Assembly: GCA_016218345.1 (NCBI GenBank) | Contig: JACREH010000116.1 | Location: 1 to 53,071 of the forward strand | DNA length: 53,071 nucleotides | Origin: Gammaproteobacteria bacterium | GTDB lineage: Bacteria > Pseudomonadota > Gammaproteobacteria > Acidiferrobacterales > UBA6901 | Direction: 5' to 3' | Part shown: piece after piece, positions 10,026 to 19,745 of the stretch | How positions within the stretch are numbered: the first letter of the stretch is position 1 | How the letters are laid out: each line of letters begins with the position of its first letter | Made by a program: the position numbers and the translations under genes | The notes under the pieces: model-generated | Told to the model about the DNA's origin: nothing | The model's database searches: none | The model's input: the letters and a program-made list of their open reading frames with translations, nothing else

Positions 10026-10073
10026 GGCCGCTTCGGGCTCCTGCCCTTACGCGGCATTACTCCGTCCATGGAG
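10026..10073 (-). repeat. GGA-loop double-hairpin repeat, copy 3
   Basis: Minus strand CTCC-atGGAc-GGAG taaTGCCGCG taa GGGC-aGGA-GCCC gaAGCGGCC; flanked by extra hairpin CCGCCA-tGGA-TGGCGG (10012-10027). Confidence 0.75.
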
Positions 10074-10228
10074 GGCAGAAGTGCGGAATCCGCAAACGCG
10101 CCATCCCTGGCCCGCGGCCCTCGTCTCGATCCCATCGGCGAAAACGCAGGAGCAGTTTTTCCGCCCGTCTCGATTGTCGCGCGGTCCGCACACCTGTTAT
10201 CCTTCGGGTTTTGCAAGGCTCGGCCGCG

Positions 10229-11327
10229 ATGGAAGAACTCAACCCGCTGTTCACCAAGCTCAAAGACCTGACGGCGCGTTCGGCGACGTTACGGGGGTAT
10301 CTTTGACTTCGACGCCAAGCAGGAACGGCTCGCCGAGGTGCGGCGTGAACTGGAACAGCCGGATGTCTGGAACAATCCGGCGCGCGCCCAGGAATTAGGC
10401 CGCGAGCGCGCCCGCCTCGAGGCGCAGGTCGAAGTCCTCATGCGACTGGATACGCACCTCGGCGAGGCCGGCGATTTATTGGAACTGGCGCGTGCCGAGA
10501 GCGACGCCGACCTGATTCCACCGATCACGAAGGACATCGAGGCACTCGAGACCGAATTGGCCGCGCTCGAATTCCGGCGCATGTTCGCGGGCGAGATGGA
10601 CGCCAATAACGCCTTCCTCGATATTCAATCCGGCTCGGGCGGCACCGAGGCGCAGGATTGGGCGGCGATGCTGCTGCGCATGTACCTGCGCTGGGGCGAG
10701 GCGCACGGCTACAAGACCGAAGTAGTCGAGGAGTCGCCGGCCGAGGTGGCCGGCATCAAGAGCGCCACCGTCAAGTTCGAGGGGCCGTACGCCTACGGCT
10801 GGCTGCGCACCGAGACCGGCGTGCACCGGCTGGTGCGCAAGTCGCCGTTCGATTCCGGCAACCGCCGCCATACCTCGTTCGCGTCGGTGTTCGTCTACCC
10901 GGAGGTCGACGAGGACGTCGACATCGAGATCAACCCGGCCGATCTGCGCGTCGACACCTATCGGGCGAGCGGCGCCGGCGGCCAGCACGTCAATCGCACC
11001 GAGTCGGCGATCCGCATCACCCACGTCCCGACCGGCATCGTGGTGCAATGTCAGAACGACCGCTCGCAGCACAAGAACCGCTCGGCGGCGATGAACATGT
11101 TGAAGGCGCGCCTGTACGAGGCCGAGATGCGCAAGAAGCGCGAGACCCAGCAGAAGCTCGAGGCCTCGAAGTCGGACATCACCTGGGGCAGCCAGATCCG
11201 CTCGTACGTGCTCGACCAGTCGCGCATCAAGGACCTGCGCACCGGCATCGAGACCGCCAACACCCAGGCGGTGCTGGATGGCGATCTCGATAAATTCATG
11301 GAAGCGAGTTTGAAGAGTGGATTGTAA
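10229..11327 (+). CDS. prfB: Peptide chain release factor 2 (programmed +1 frameshift)
   Basis: ATG 10229, GGGGG-TAT-CTT-TGA-C shift site at 10293-10307; SPF and GGQ motifs in the second frame. Confidence 0.97.
10293..10307 (+). promoter_or_regulatory. prfB autoregulatory frameshift site
   Basis: SD-like GGGGG 3 nt before CTT TGA C; CTT is codon 25. Confidence 0.95.
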
Positions 11328-11335
11328 TATTTTTA

Positions 11336-11423
11336 GCCACAGATGAACGCAGATAATCTCAAGAGATTCAATATGCGCACAGGTCCGCCTTTCCATCCAT
11401 ATCCATCTGCGTTCATCTGTGGC
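11336..11423. repeat. CAGATGAAC-family palindrome, copy B
   Basis: Perfect 19-bp IR GCCACAGATGAACGCAGAT (11336-11354) / ATCTGCGTTCATCTGTGGC (11405-11423). Confidence 0.9.
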
Positions 11424-11441
11424 CGAAATAGATAAAATTAT

Positions 11442-12956
11442 ATGACCGACAACGACAAACCCGAACAGCAGGACGAAAACACCATCATCGCGCTGCGCCG
11501 CGAGAAGCTGGCGGCGCTGCGCGAGCGCGGCCAGGCGTTTCCGAACGATTTCCGGCGCAACGTCATGGCCGGCGAGTTGCACGCCGAGTACGGCGCCAAG
11601 GAAGCGGCCGCGCTTGACGCCGAACCGCGGCGCGTCAAGGTCGGCGGGCGCATCATGACCCGGCGGGTCATGGGCAAGGCCAGCTTCACCCACATCCAGG
11701 ACATGTCCGGGCAGATTCAGTTGTATGTCCAGCGGGAGGGCGTCGGCGAACACGCCTACGAGGAATTCAAGGCCTGGGACATCGGCGATATCGTCGGTGC
11801 CGAGGGCGTGCTGTTCAAGACCAAGACCGGCGAGCTGTCGGTGAAGGTCGACGCGCTGCGCCTGCTCACCAAGGCGCTGCGCCCGCTGCCGGAGAAGTAT
11901 CACGGCCTGGCCGATCAAGAGACCAAGTACCGGCAGCGTTATCTCGACCTGATAATGAGCGAGGTCACGCGCAAAACCTTCCGCATGCGCTCGGACGTGG
12001 TGAATTTCATTCGCCAATTCCTGGTCACGCGCGGATTCCTGGAGGTGGAGACGCCGATGATGCAGGCGATCCCGGGCGGCGCCACCGCGCGGCCGTTCGT
12101 TACCCATCATCACACCCTCGACATGCAGATGTTCCTGCGCATCGCGCCGGAACTGTATCTCAAGCGCCTGGTGGTCGGCGGCTTCGAGAAGGTGTTCGAG
12201 ATCAACCGCAACTTTCGCAACGAAGGTCTGTCGACCCGCCACAACCCCGAGTTCACCATGCTCGAATTCTACGAGGCCTACGCCGATTACCGCGACCTCA
12301 TGAACCTCACCGAGGAAATGCTGCGGGCGCTGGCGCAGACGGTAGTGGGCGCAACCCTGATTTCCTATCAAGGCGAGACCTATGATTTTGGCAAGCCGTT
12401 CGCGCGCCTGACCGTGAAGGAATCCATTCTACGTTTCAATCCGGACTTGAAGGCCGCCGACATCGAGACGCTGGACGCGGCGCGCGCCTGCGCCGCACGG
12501 CTGAAGATTCCCGTGAAGGACAGCTACGGCCTGGGCAAGATTCAGATCGAACTCTTCGAGAAGACCGTCGAGTCGCGCCTCAAGGACCCGACCTTCATCA
12601 CCGCCTATCCGACCGAGGTGTCGCCGCTGGCACGGCGCAACGACCATGACCCGTTCGTCACCGACCGCTTCGAGTTCTTCGTCGGTGGGCGCGAGATCGC
12701 CAACGGCTTCTCGGAGTTGAACGATGCCGAGGACCAGGCCGAGCGCTTTCGCCAACAGGTGCAGGACAAGGAGGCCGGCGACGAGGAGGCCATGCACTTC
12801 GACGCCGATTACATTCGTGCCCTCGAACACGGCATGCCGCCGACCGCCGGCGAGGGCATCGGCATCGACCGGCTGGTGATGCTGTTCACCGACGCGCCCA
12901 GCATCCGCGACGTCATTCTGTTCCCGCACATGCGCCCGGAGGCGGGCGGGGATTGA
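11442..12956 (+). CDS. lysS: Lysine--tRNA ligase (class II)
   Basis: [25 protein letters not shown]...[15 protein letters not shown]. Confidence 0.98.
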   Translation: MTDNDKPEQQDENTIIALRREKLAALRERGQAFPNDFRRNVMAGELHAEYGAKEAAALDAEPRRVKVGGRIMTRRVMGKASFTHIQDMSGQIQLYVQREGVGEHAYEEFKAWDIGDIVGAEGVLFKTKTGELSVKVDALRLLTKALRPLPEKYHGLADQETKYRQRYLDLIMSEVTRKTFRMRSDVVNFIRQFLVTRGFLEVETPMMQAIPGGATARPFVTHHHTLDMQMFLRIAPELYLKRLVVGGFEKVFEINRNFRNEGLSTRHNPEFTMLEFYEAYADYRDLMNLTEEMLRALAQTVVGATLISYQGETYDFGKPFARLTVKESILRFNPDLKAADIETLDAARACAARLKIPVKDSYGLGKIQIELFEKTVESRLKDPTFITAYPTEVSPLARRNDHDPFVTDRFEFFVGGREIANGFSELNDAEDQAERFRQQVQDKEAGDEEAMHFDADYIRALEHGMPPTAGEGIGIDRLVMLFTDAPSIRDVILFPHMRPEAGGD

Positions 12957-12971
12957 AGCCCTTGCACTGTC

Positions 12972-13409
12972 TCAACGCACGGCCTGATCGAGGATCGCAC
13001 GTACGTCCTTTTCCCAGCGCCGGAAATAGTTCGATAATTCCGGGTCCTTGAAGAACGTCGCGAACACAGCCGGGTTGTTGGTGACCACCAAGCTGGTCTC
13101 GCCCTCGGCGAAGATCGTGATCTTGAGCGGCAGGTAGGCCAGCAGTTCGGGGTGGCGGTCGGGCAGGGCGAGCAGTTCCTCGGGTTTGCCGAAGAACACC
13201 ACGCGGTACTCGGCGGTCTTGTAGCCGCTCGAGGTGAGGCCGATGTCGACGCGCTGCACGCGCGCCACCTTGTAGCCGTGGTCCTGGATGGACTGCTGCA
13301 GGGCGTTCATGGCCTCGGGGAACGGCCGCTCGATGCGCGCCATCAGCAGCTCGTCGGCGTTCGCCGCGACGGCGGACAGCAGCAGCACGACCAGCAGCAG
13401 ACGTTTCAT
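12972..13409 (-). CDS. Exported DUF302-family protein
   Basis: Signal peptide; F.EA...L...I..HGYKV and YLPLKITIF pattern resembling DUF302; co-transcribed with the upstream DUF302 fusion. Confidence 0.7.
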   Translation of the reverse strand: MKRLLLVVLLLSAVAANADELLMARIERPFPEAMNALQQSIQDHGYKVARVQRVDIGLTSSGYKTAEYRVVFFGKPEELLALPDRHPELLAYLPLKITIFAEGETSLVVTNNPAVFATFFKDPELSNYFRRWEKDVRAILDQAVR

Positions 13410-13410
13410 G

Positions 13411-14478
13411 CTAGAGCACCGTCTCCTCGATGATGTCGGTGTAGAGTTTCTGCATCTGCTCGCACAGCTCGTTCAGCTCGGCGTTGTTGAAGATCGCGCT
13501 CAGGCGCTTGGGGTTGATGGTGAGCACCAGCACCTTGCCCTGGTGCTCGGCCACGGTCACGCGACACGGCAGGAACAACCCGACGCGCGGGTCCACGGCC
13601 AGCGCCTTGTTGAGAAAATTGAAGTCGCAGGCGTCGACGATGTAACGCTTGCGGTTCTCGCGGCCCTTTTCGACGACGCCCTCGTCGTACGGCACGGCGC
13701 GGATGACGCGCAGGTTGGCGCCGCTGAACGCGGTCTTGAGTTTGTCCACGGTCTGCTCGACGTCGTACGGCGATTCGCGCACGATCACCGCCGATTCGCT
13801 TTCCAGCAGTTTGGCGCCGGCTGGCGCGGGCTGGACCGCAAAACCACGCACGTATGCCACGATATCGTCGATGTCGCGTTCCTGGAGCCCTTGTTTCAGG
13901 AACGAGCTCATCGGTGTGCCCTGACGGCCACGCATCAATACGGTTTTGATGAAATCGTCGCTCGCGGACTTGAGGAAGCCGGGATTGTTGAGCGCCGGCG
14001 CCAGCACCGGCAGATCGCGCGGCCGCGAGAAGGTCACGCCGGTGCCGTGCCCGCCTTCGCCGTGCGCGCCATGACAACTCGCGCAGCGCTTTTCATACAG
14101 CTCGGCGCCGCGTGCGGCGTTTCCGGGTTTGGCCTTGACCGCGACCGGTTTGGCGCCGGCCGGGGCCAGCGCCCGCAGATAGCCGACCACGGCGTCGACC
14201 TCGGCGTCGGAAAGTTGCGCGAAGGCCGGCATCACCCGACCGGGACGCCCGAGGCGAATGGTCTTGCGCAGATAGTCGTCGTCGGCCTGGGCGAGAAAAT
14301 CCGGCAGCGCCAGCGGCACGCCGACCCCGCCCTTGCCCTCGGCGCCGTGACAGGCGGCACAGTGCTGGGTGTAGAGGCGCGCGCCGTCGGCGGCGTGCGC
14401 CCACGGCGCCAGCCCGAGGCCGAGCGCGAGCAGCGCGCCGATAACGAGACGCCACGAGGAGATTGACGGATGCGTCAT
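13411..14478 (-). CDS. Diheme c-type cytochrome fused to C-terminal DUF302
   Basis: Signal peptide; CAACH...MPAF and CASCH...PMSSF; C-terminal DAC...GLFLPCRV...INP. Confidence 0.85.
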   Translation of the reverse strand: MTHPSISSWRLVIGALLALGLGLAPWAHAADGARLYTQHCAACHGAEGKGGVGVPLALPDFLAQADDDYLRKTIRLGRPGRVMPAFAQLSDAEVDAVVGYLRALAPAGAKPVAVKAKPGNAARGAELYEKRCASCHGAHGEGGHGTGVTFSRPRDLPVLAPALNNPGFLKSASDDFIKTVLMRGRQGTPMSSFLKQGLQERDIDDIVAYVRGFAVQPAPAGAKLLESESAVIVRESPYDVEQTVDKLKTAFSGANLRVIRAVPYDEGVVEKGRENRKRYIVDACDFNFLNKALAVDPRVGLFLPCRVTVAEHQGKVLVLTINPKRLSAIFNNAELNELCEQMQKLYTDIIEETVL

Positions 14479-14593
14479 GTTACGGAGTGTAGCACTATTG
14501 CCTCGCGGCCTGGGCGCCCCGAGCGTGTCCGAGCGAGCAAGTTCCCGACAACGAACGATTGAGAACCGCGCCCGTCATCCCCATAATTCCGAC

Positions 14594-15532
14594 ATGAACC
14601 GTTCGCCGCCGCCGGTGGTTTTTCTGATGGGTCCGACCGCCGCCGGCAAGTCCGGTCTGGCGCTCGCGCTGCACGCGCGTCTGCCGGTCGAGATCGTGAG
14701 CGTCGATTCCTCGCAGGTCTATCGCGGCTTAGACATCGGAACCGCCAAGCCGACTCCGGAAGAGCAGGCGCGTGCGCCGCACCGGTTGATCGATATCCGC
14801 GATCCTACCGAGGTCTATTCGGCCGCGCACTTTTGCGACGACGCGCGCCGCGAGATTGCCGCGATCGTCCGCGCCGGGCGCATCCCGTTGCTGGTCGGCG
14901 GCACGATGTTTTATTTCCGCGCGCTCGAATACGGCCTCGCACCCTTGCCCTCGGCCGACCCGGCGGTGCGCGCGCGACTGACGCAACAGGCGCTGACGCA
15001 GGGCTGGCCGGCGCTGCACGCCCGGCTCGCGGCGCACGATCCCGCGAGCGCGACGCGCATCGATCCGAACGACGCGCAACGCATCCAGCGCGCCCTGGAG
15101 ATCATCGAGCTCAGCGGCCTGACCCCGAGCGCCTTGAACCGCGCGCACCGCGCGGATTTCCCGTACCACGCCATCAAGCTCGCGCTCGCTCCGGCCGGGC
15201 GTGCGCGCCTGCATGAGCAGATCGACCGGCGCTTCGAGCAGATGCTGGAACGCGGCTTGGTCGCCGAGGTCGAAGACTTGCGCCGGCGCGGCGATTTGAA
15301 CCTGCAATTACCGTCTATTCGCACCGTCGGCTACCGGCAGATCTGGCGATACTTGACTGGCGAGCTCAACTATTCTGAAATGATCGCTCAGGCACAGGCC
15401 GCCACCCGCCAACTGGCCAAGCGCCAGTTCACCTGGTTGCGCCGCTATCCGGAAGTTACCTGGCTGGACAGCGATGCCGCCGACCGGGTCGATCAGGCGG
15501 TCGAGACGCTGCGCGACCGATTGGCCGGTTAG
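14594..15532 (+). CDS. miaA: tRNA dimethylallyltransferase
   Basis: GPTAAGKS, DSSQVYRGLDIGTAKP, VGGTMFY, TRQLAKRQFTW. Confidence 0.97.
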   Translation: MNRSPPPVVFLMGPTAAGKSGLALALHARLPVEIVSVDSSQVYRGLDIGTAKPTPEEQARAPHRLIDIRDPTEVYSAAHFCDDARREIAAIVRAGRIPLLVGGTMFYFRALEYGLAPLPSADPAVRARLTQQALTQGWPALHARLAAHDPASATRIDPNDAQRIQRALEIIELSGLTPSALNRAHRADFPYHAIKLALAPAGRARLHEQIDRRFEQMLERGLVAEVEDLRRRGDLNLQLPSIRTVGYRQIWRYLTGELNYSEMIAQAQAATRQLAKRQFTWLRRYPEVTWLDSDAADRVDQAVETLRDRLAG

Positions 15533-15727
15533 CGGGGGTGGTTGAAAACGGCGTTTTCGAGGGCATGCTATGGTTATACTGTGATTGGCCGCGCGGTCGG
15601 CGGCGGTCCGAAGCCCCTGGAAGCGGGCTGGGTAGAATGCAAGCCTGTCTGGACTTGCAAGCCCCCGGGCGACCGGGGTTTATAAACGCCGCCAACGGCG
15701 GAACACGATAAGAACAGGAGCACTGTC

Positions 15728-15991
15728 ATGAGTCAGCAAAGAGGGCAAGCGCTACAAGACCCTTACTTGAACACACTGCGAAAGGAACATGTCCCGGTGT
15801 CGATCTTCCTGGTTAACGGCATCAAGCTGCAGGGACAAATCGAATCGTTCGATCAGTTCGTGGTGCTGCTCAAGAATTCCGTCAGCCAGATGATCTACAA
15901 ACATGCCATCAGCACGGTCGTACCCAGCCGACCGGTGAAATTCTCGTTTGAGCACGGCGACGACTCCGACAAGCAACCCGGAAACGACTAA
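15728..15991 (+). CDS. hfq: RNA chaperone Hfq
   Basis: [26 protein letters not shown]; AGGAG RBS. Confidence 0.98.
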   Translation: MSQQRGQALQDPYLNTLRKEHVPVSIFLVNGIKLQGQIESFDQFVVLLKNSVSQMIYKHAISTVVPSRPVKFSFEHGDDSDKQPGND

Positions 15992-17321
15992 CCCGGCGGC
16001 CGGCCCGCCACGGTCGGCGCGCGCCCCCGAGCGCGCGCTGCTCGTGCACGTGCGTTTCGGCGTGCACGCCGATCAGGACGACCTCGACGAATTCCGATTC
16101 CTGGCTGAGTCGGCCGGCGTCGCGGTGTGCGCGGTCGTCACCGGCCGGCGCGAGCGCCCGGATGCCGCCACCTATATCGGCAAGGGCAAGGCCGAGGAAC
16201 TGCGCGCGGCGGTGCTCGCGCACCAAGCCGAGGTGGTGCTGGTGAACCACACGCTCTCGCCGGTGCAGGAACGCAACCTCGAGAAGATCGTCAACTGCCG
16301 GGTGCTCGACCGCACCGGCGTGATTCTCGATATCTTCGCGCAGCGCGCCCGCAGCCACGAAGGCAAGCTGCAAGTCGAACTGGCGCAGCTCGAGCACCTG
16401 GCCACGCGCCTGGTGCGCGGCTGGACCCACTTGGAGCGGCAAAAGGGCGGTATCGGCCTGCGCGGTCCGGGCGAAACCCAGCTCGAGACCGACCGGCGCC
16501 TGCTGCGCGAGCGCGTGAAGCACCTCAACCGCCGCCTGGAAAAGCTCCGCGTTCAGCGCCACAGCCGGCGCAAGGCGCGCAACAAGATTCCGATCCCGAC
16601 CGTGTCCCTGGTCGGCTACACCAACGCCGGCAAGTCGACGCTGTTCAACCGCCTGAGCGGCGCCACGGCGTACGCCGCCGATCAACTGTTCGCGACCCTC
16701 GACCCGACCGCGCGGCGCGTGCACCTGCCGGGCAACATCGACATCGTGCTGGCCGACACCGTGGGTTTCATCCGTCATCTGCCGCACAGCCTGGTGGAGG
16801 CGTTCAAGTCGACGCTCGAGGAAGTGGCGCTGGCCGATTTGCTGTTGCACGTGGTCGACGCCGCCAGCGACGTCCGCCGCGAGCAGATCGAACAGGTGAA
16901 TCTGGTGTTGGCCGAAATCGAGGCGCAACACGTGCCGCAGATATTGATCTTCAACAAGATCGATCTCAGCGGCGAGCCGGCGCGTCTCGAGCGCGACGCC
17001 AGCGGCGCGATCGTCAAGGTATGGTTGTCGGCCAGGACCGGTGCGGGTCTGGAACTGTTGCAACAGGCGCTGTCCGAGCACTACCGCCGCCACCGGCTGT
17101 ACCGGCAACTGCGCCTGCCGCCGCAGGCCGGGCGGCTGCGCGCGCGCATCTACCAGCGTCTCCAGGTGTTGCGCGAACGCAGCCTGGAAACCGGCGAGTG
17201 GCTGCTCGACATCGAGCTCGACCCGGTGGATCTCGATTGGCTGGTCCACCAAGAGGGCTTTAGTTCCAATCTTATCGTGCCGGAACCGGCGGCCGCCGTG
17301 CTCGCCCCGACCGGTTCCTAA
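15948..17321 (+). CDS. hflX: Ribosome-rescue GTPase HflX (start uncertain)
   Basis: [32 protein letters not shown]. Confidence 0.95.
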   Translation: MSTATTPTSNPETTNPAAGPPRSARAPERALLVHVRFGVHADQDDLDEFRFLAESAGVAVCAVVTGRRERPDAATYIGKGKAEELRAAVLAHQAEVVLVNHTLSPVQERNLEKIVNCRVLDRTGVILDIFAQRARSHEGKLQVELAQLEHLATRLVRGWTHLERQKGGIGLRGPGETQLETDRRLLRERVKHLNRRLEKLRVQRHSRRKARNKIPIPTVSLVGYTNAGKSTLFNRLSGATAYAADQLFATLDPTARRVHLPGNIDIVLADTVGFIRHLPHSLVEAFKSTLEEVALADLLLHVVDAASDVRREQIEQVNLVLAEIEAQHVPQILIFNKIDLSGEPARLERDASGAIVKVWLSARTGAGLELLQQALSEHYRRHRLYRQLRLPPQAGRLRARIYQRLQVLRERSLETGEWLLDIELDPVDLDWLVHQEGFSSNLIVPEPAAAVLAPTGS

Positions 17322-17402
17322 GACCGCCCGGCTACTATAAAATACCTCGCCCTCGTGGGATCGGGTTGAGCGTTTCCTTACCAATCAAGAGGATTACACA
17401 GC

Positions 17403-18602
17403 GTGGCATGGAATGAACCGGGTCCCGGCGGCAAAGAGCCGTGGGGGCAGCGTAAAAAACCCCAAGGTCCTCCCGACTTGGACCAGATTCTCAAGAACCT
17501 CCAAGAGCGCGCGCGCGGTCTGTTCGGCGGCAAGGGGCGTGGTGGCGGCGGTGAGGGCGGCGCCAACAAGGTGAGCGGCTTCGGCGCCGGCTTGATCGCC
17601 ATGGTCGCCGTGATCCTATGGCTGGCGAGCGGCTTCTATATCGTGAACGAAGGCCAGCGCGGCGTGGTGTTGCAATTCGGCGCCAAGACCGAGATCACCG
17701 ACGCCGGTCTGCACTGGCGCTGGCCGTTTCCGCTCGAGACGGTCGAGAAGGTGAACGTCTCGCAGGTCTCGACCATCGAGATCGGCTACCGCAAGAGCGA
17801 CAAGACCGGCGGCACCAGCAAGGTTCCGAAAGAGGCCTTGATGCTCACCCAGGACGAGAACATCCTCGACATCGAGTTCGCGGTCCAATACAAGATCAAG
17901 GACGCGGCCGATTACCTGTTCAATGTGCGCGACATCCAGACCACGCTGATGTCCGCCACCGAATCGGCGGTGCGCGAGGTGGTCGGCAAGAGCGATCTGG
18001 ACTTCATCATCACCGAGGGCCGCGACCAGGTCGGGCAAAATACCCGCGTGCTGTTGCAGGAGATCATGGATCGCTATAAATCCGGCATACAGATCGTGAC
18101 CGTGCAGATGCAAAAGGCCCTGCCGCCGGAAGAGGTCAAGGCGGCGTTCGACGACGCCGTGAAGGCGCGCGAGGACGAGCAGCGCCTGAAGAACGAGGCC
18201 GAGGCGTTCGCCAACGACATGATCCCGCGCGCTCGCGGTAACGCCGCGCGCATGTTGCAGGAGGCCGAGGGTTACAAGGCCAGCGTCATCGCCCGCGCCG
18301 AGGGCGACGCCAAGCGCTTCAGCCAGATCGTCGCCGAGTACGCCAAGGCGCCGGGCGTGACTCGCGATCGCCTGTATATCGAGACGATGGAGCGGGTGTT
18401 CTCGAATACCACCAAGATCCTGGTCGATCAAAAGGCCGGCAACAACATTCTGTATCTGCCGTTGGACAAGCTGGTGGCACAGGGCGCGACCCGGACCGCC
18501 GGTCCGGTCAACACCTTGCAGCCGTTGCCGGAACCGGACAGCCCGGCGCCGGCCGCACGCGACCGCACCCGCGACAGCCAGCGCACGCGGGGGACGCCGT
18601 AA
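17403..18602 (+). CDS. hflK: FtsH modulator HflK
   Basis: MAWNEPG, GPPDLD, SPFH domain, YLPLDK. Confidence 0.97.
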   Translation: MAWNEPGPGGKEPWGQRKKPQGPPDLDQILKNLQERARGLFGGKGRGGGGEGGANKVSGFGAGLIAMVAVILWLASGFYIVNEGQRGVVLQFGAKTEITDAGLHWRWPFPLETVEKVNVSQVSTIEIGYRKSDKTGGTSKVPKEALMLTQDENILDIEFAVQYKIKDAADYLFNVRDIQTTLMSATESAVREVVGKSDLDFIITEGRDQVGQNTRVLLQEIMDRYKSGIQIVTVQMQKALPPEEVKAAFDDAVKAREDEQRLKNEAEAFANDMIPRARGNAARMLQEAEGYKASVIARAEGDAKRFSQIVAEYAKAPGVTRDRLYIETMERVFSNTTKILVDQKAGNNILYLPLDKLVAQGATRTAGPVNTLQPLPEPDSPAPAARDRTRDSQRTRGTP

Positions 18603-19471
18603 TGAATCAAACAAAATTTCTGGCCATCGCCGGGTTGGTGCTGATCGCGCTGTTGATCGTGAGCGGCACGGTTTACACCATCGACGAGCGCGAAAAGGCC
18701 GTAGTGGTGCGCTTCGGTCAGGTGATCCGCTACGACGACACCCCGGGCATCCACGTTAAGACGCCGTTCCTGGAAACGGTGAAGGTATACGACGCGCGCA
18801 TCCTGACCATGGACGCCGATCCACAGCCGTTCCTGACCAAGGAAAAGAAGAGCGTGATCGTCGATTCCTACGTGAAGTGGCGGATCGTCGACCTGCTCAA
18901 GTATTACGTCTCGGTGGGCGGCGACGAGCAAAAGGCCAAGGACCGTCTGGCGCAGCTCATCAACAGCGGCCTGCGCGACGAGTTCGGCAAGCGCAACCTG
19001 CGCGACGTGGTGTCCGGCGATCGCCGCAAGATCATGGAAATCCTGAGCGCGAACACCGACAAGGAAGCGGGCGAGTATGGCATCGAGGTGGTGGACGTGC
19101 GCATTCAGCGCGTCGACCTGCCGGCCGAGGTGAGCCAGTCGGTGTACCGGCGCATGGAGGCCGAGCGCGCGCGTATCGCCAAGGAGCTGCGCGCCCAGGG
19201 CGCCGAGGAGGCCGAGAAGATTCGCGCCAAGGCCGAACGCCAGCGCGAAGTCCTGCTGGCCGAGGCCTACCGCGACGCCGAGCGCCTGCGCGGCGAGGGG
19301 GACGCGCGCGCCACCGCCACCTACGGCCGGGCGTTCGGCGCCAATCCGGAGTTTTATTCCCTGTATCGCAGTCTCAACGCCTACAAGGAGAGCTTCAAGG
19401 ATAAAGACGATATCCTGATCGTCGATCCGAGCGCCGATTTCTTCCGCTACTTCAAGAATCCGCGGCGCTAG
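18602..19471 (+). CDS. hflC: FtsH modulator HflC
   Basis: SPFH domain, RMEAER, YRSLNAY. Confidence 0.97.
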   Translation: MNQTKFLAIAGLVLIALLIVSGTVYTIDEREKAVVVRFGQVIRYDDTPGIHVKTPFLETVKVYDARILTMDADPQPFLTKEKKSVIVDSYVKWRIVDLLKYYVSVGGDEQKAKDRLAQLINSGLRDEFGKRNLRDVVSGDRRKIMEILSANTDKEAGEYGIEVVDVRIQRVDLPAEVSQSVYRRMEAERARIAKELRAQGAEEAEKIRAKAERQREVLLAEAYRDAERLRGEGDARATATYGRAFGANPEFYSLYRSLNAYKESFKDKDDILIVDPSADFFRYFKNPRR

Positions 19472-19490
19472 TTACTCCGGCAGGATACCC

Positions 19491-19682
19491 ATGGGCTGGC
19501 ACGATTTTTGGGGAGCGCTCGCGCTGCTGCTGGTGCTCGAGGGGATCCTGCCGTTTCTCAATCCCGCCGGGTTGCGCCGCGTGTTGCTGGCGGTATGCGA
19601 CCTGACCGACGCGCAACTGCGGTTCGCCGGCATCACCAGCATGTTGCTGGGACTGGTATTGTTGTACGTCGTGCGCAATTGA
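19491..19682 (+). CDS. DUF2065 (YjeT-like) small membrane protein
   Basis: ALLLVLEGILPFL.P motif; conserved position after hflC. Confidence 0.9.
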   Translation: MGWHDFWGALALLLVLEGILPFLNPAGLRRVLLAVCDLTDAQLRFAGITSMLLGLVLLYVVRN

Positions 19683-19745
19683 GCCGGTGCAACTGTTTTA
19701 ACGAAGCCATTAACCGGCCGCGCCGCGGCCCTGTGAACCGAGATC

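Noticed and set aside
4925-10228. Integrative genomic island at tRNA-Ser
   Set aside because: No integrase, no distal exact tRNA 3' duplication, and genes from 5545 on have host-like GC and codon usage.
10476-12371. 631-aa antisense ORF over prfB-lysS (likewise 21029..22804, 23824..25569, 29295..30962, 34255..35991, 43092..44951)
   Set aside because: Shadow ORFs opposite well-conserved genes, expected from GC-rich codon bias; no recognisable motifs.
15353-15381. Internal hfq promoter within miaA (TTGACT-N17-TGAAAT)
   Set aside because: Plausible by analogy to E. coli, but the -10 lacks the conserved second-position A; not supportable from sequence alone.
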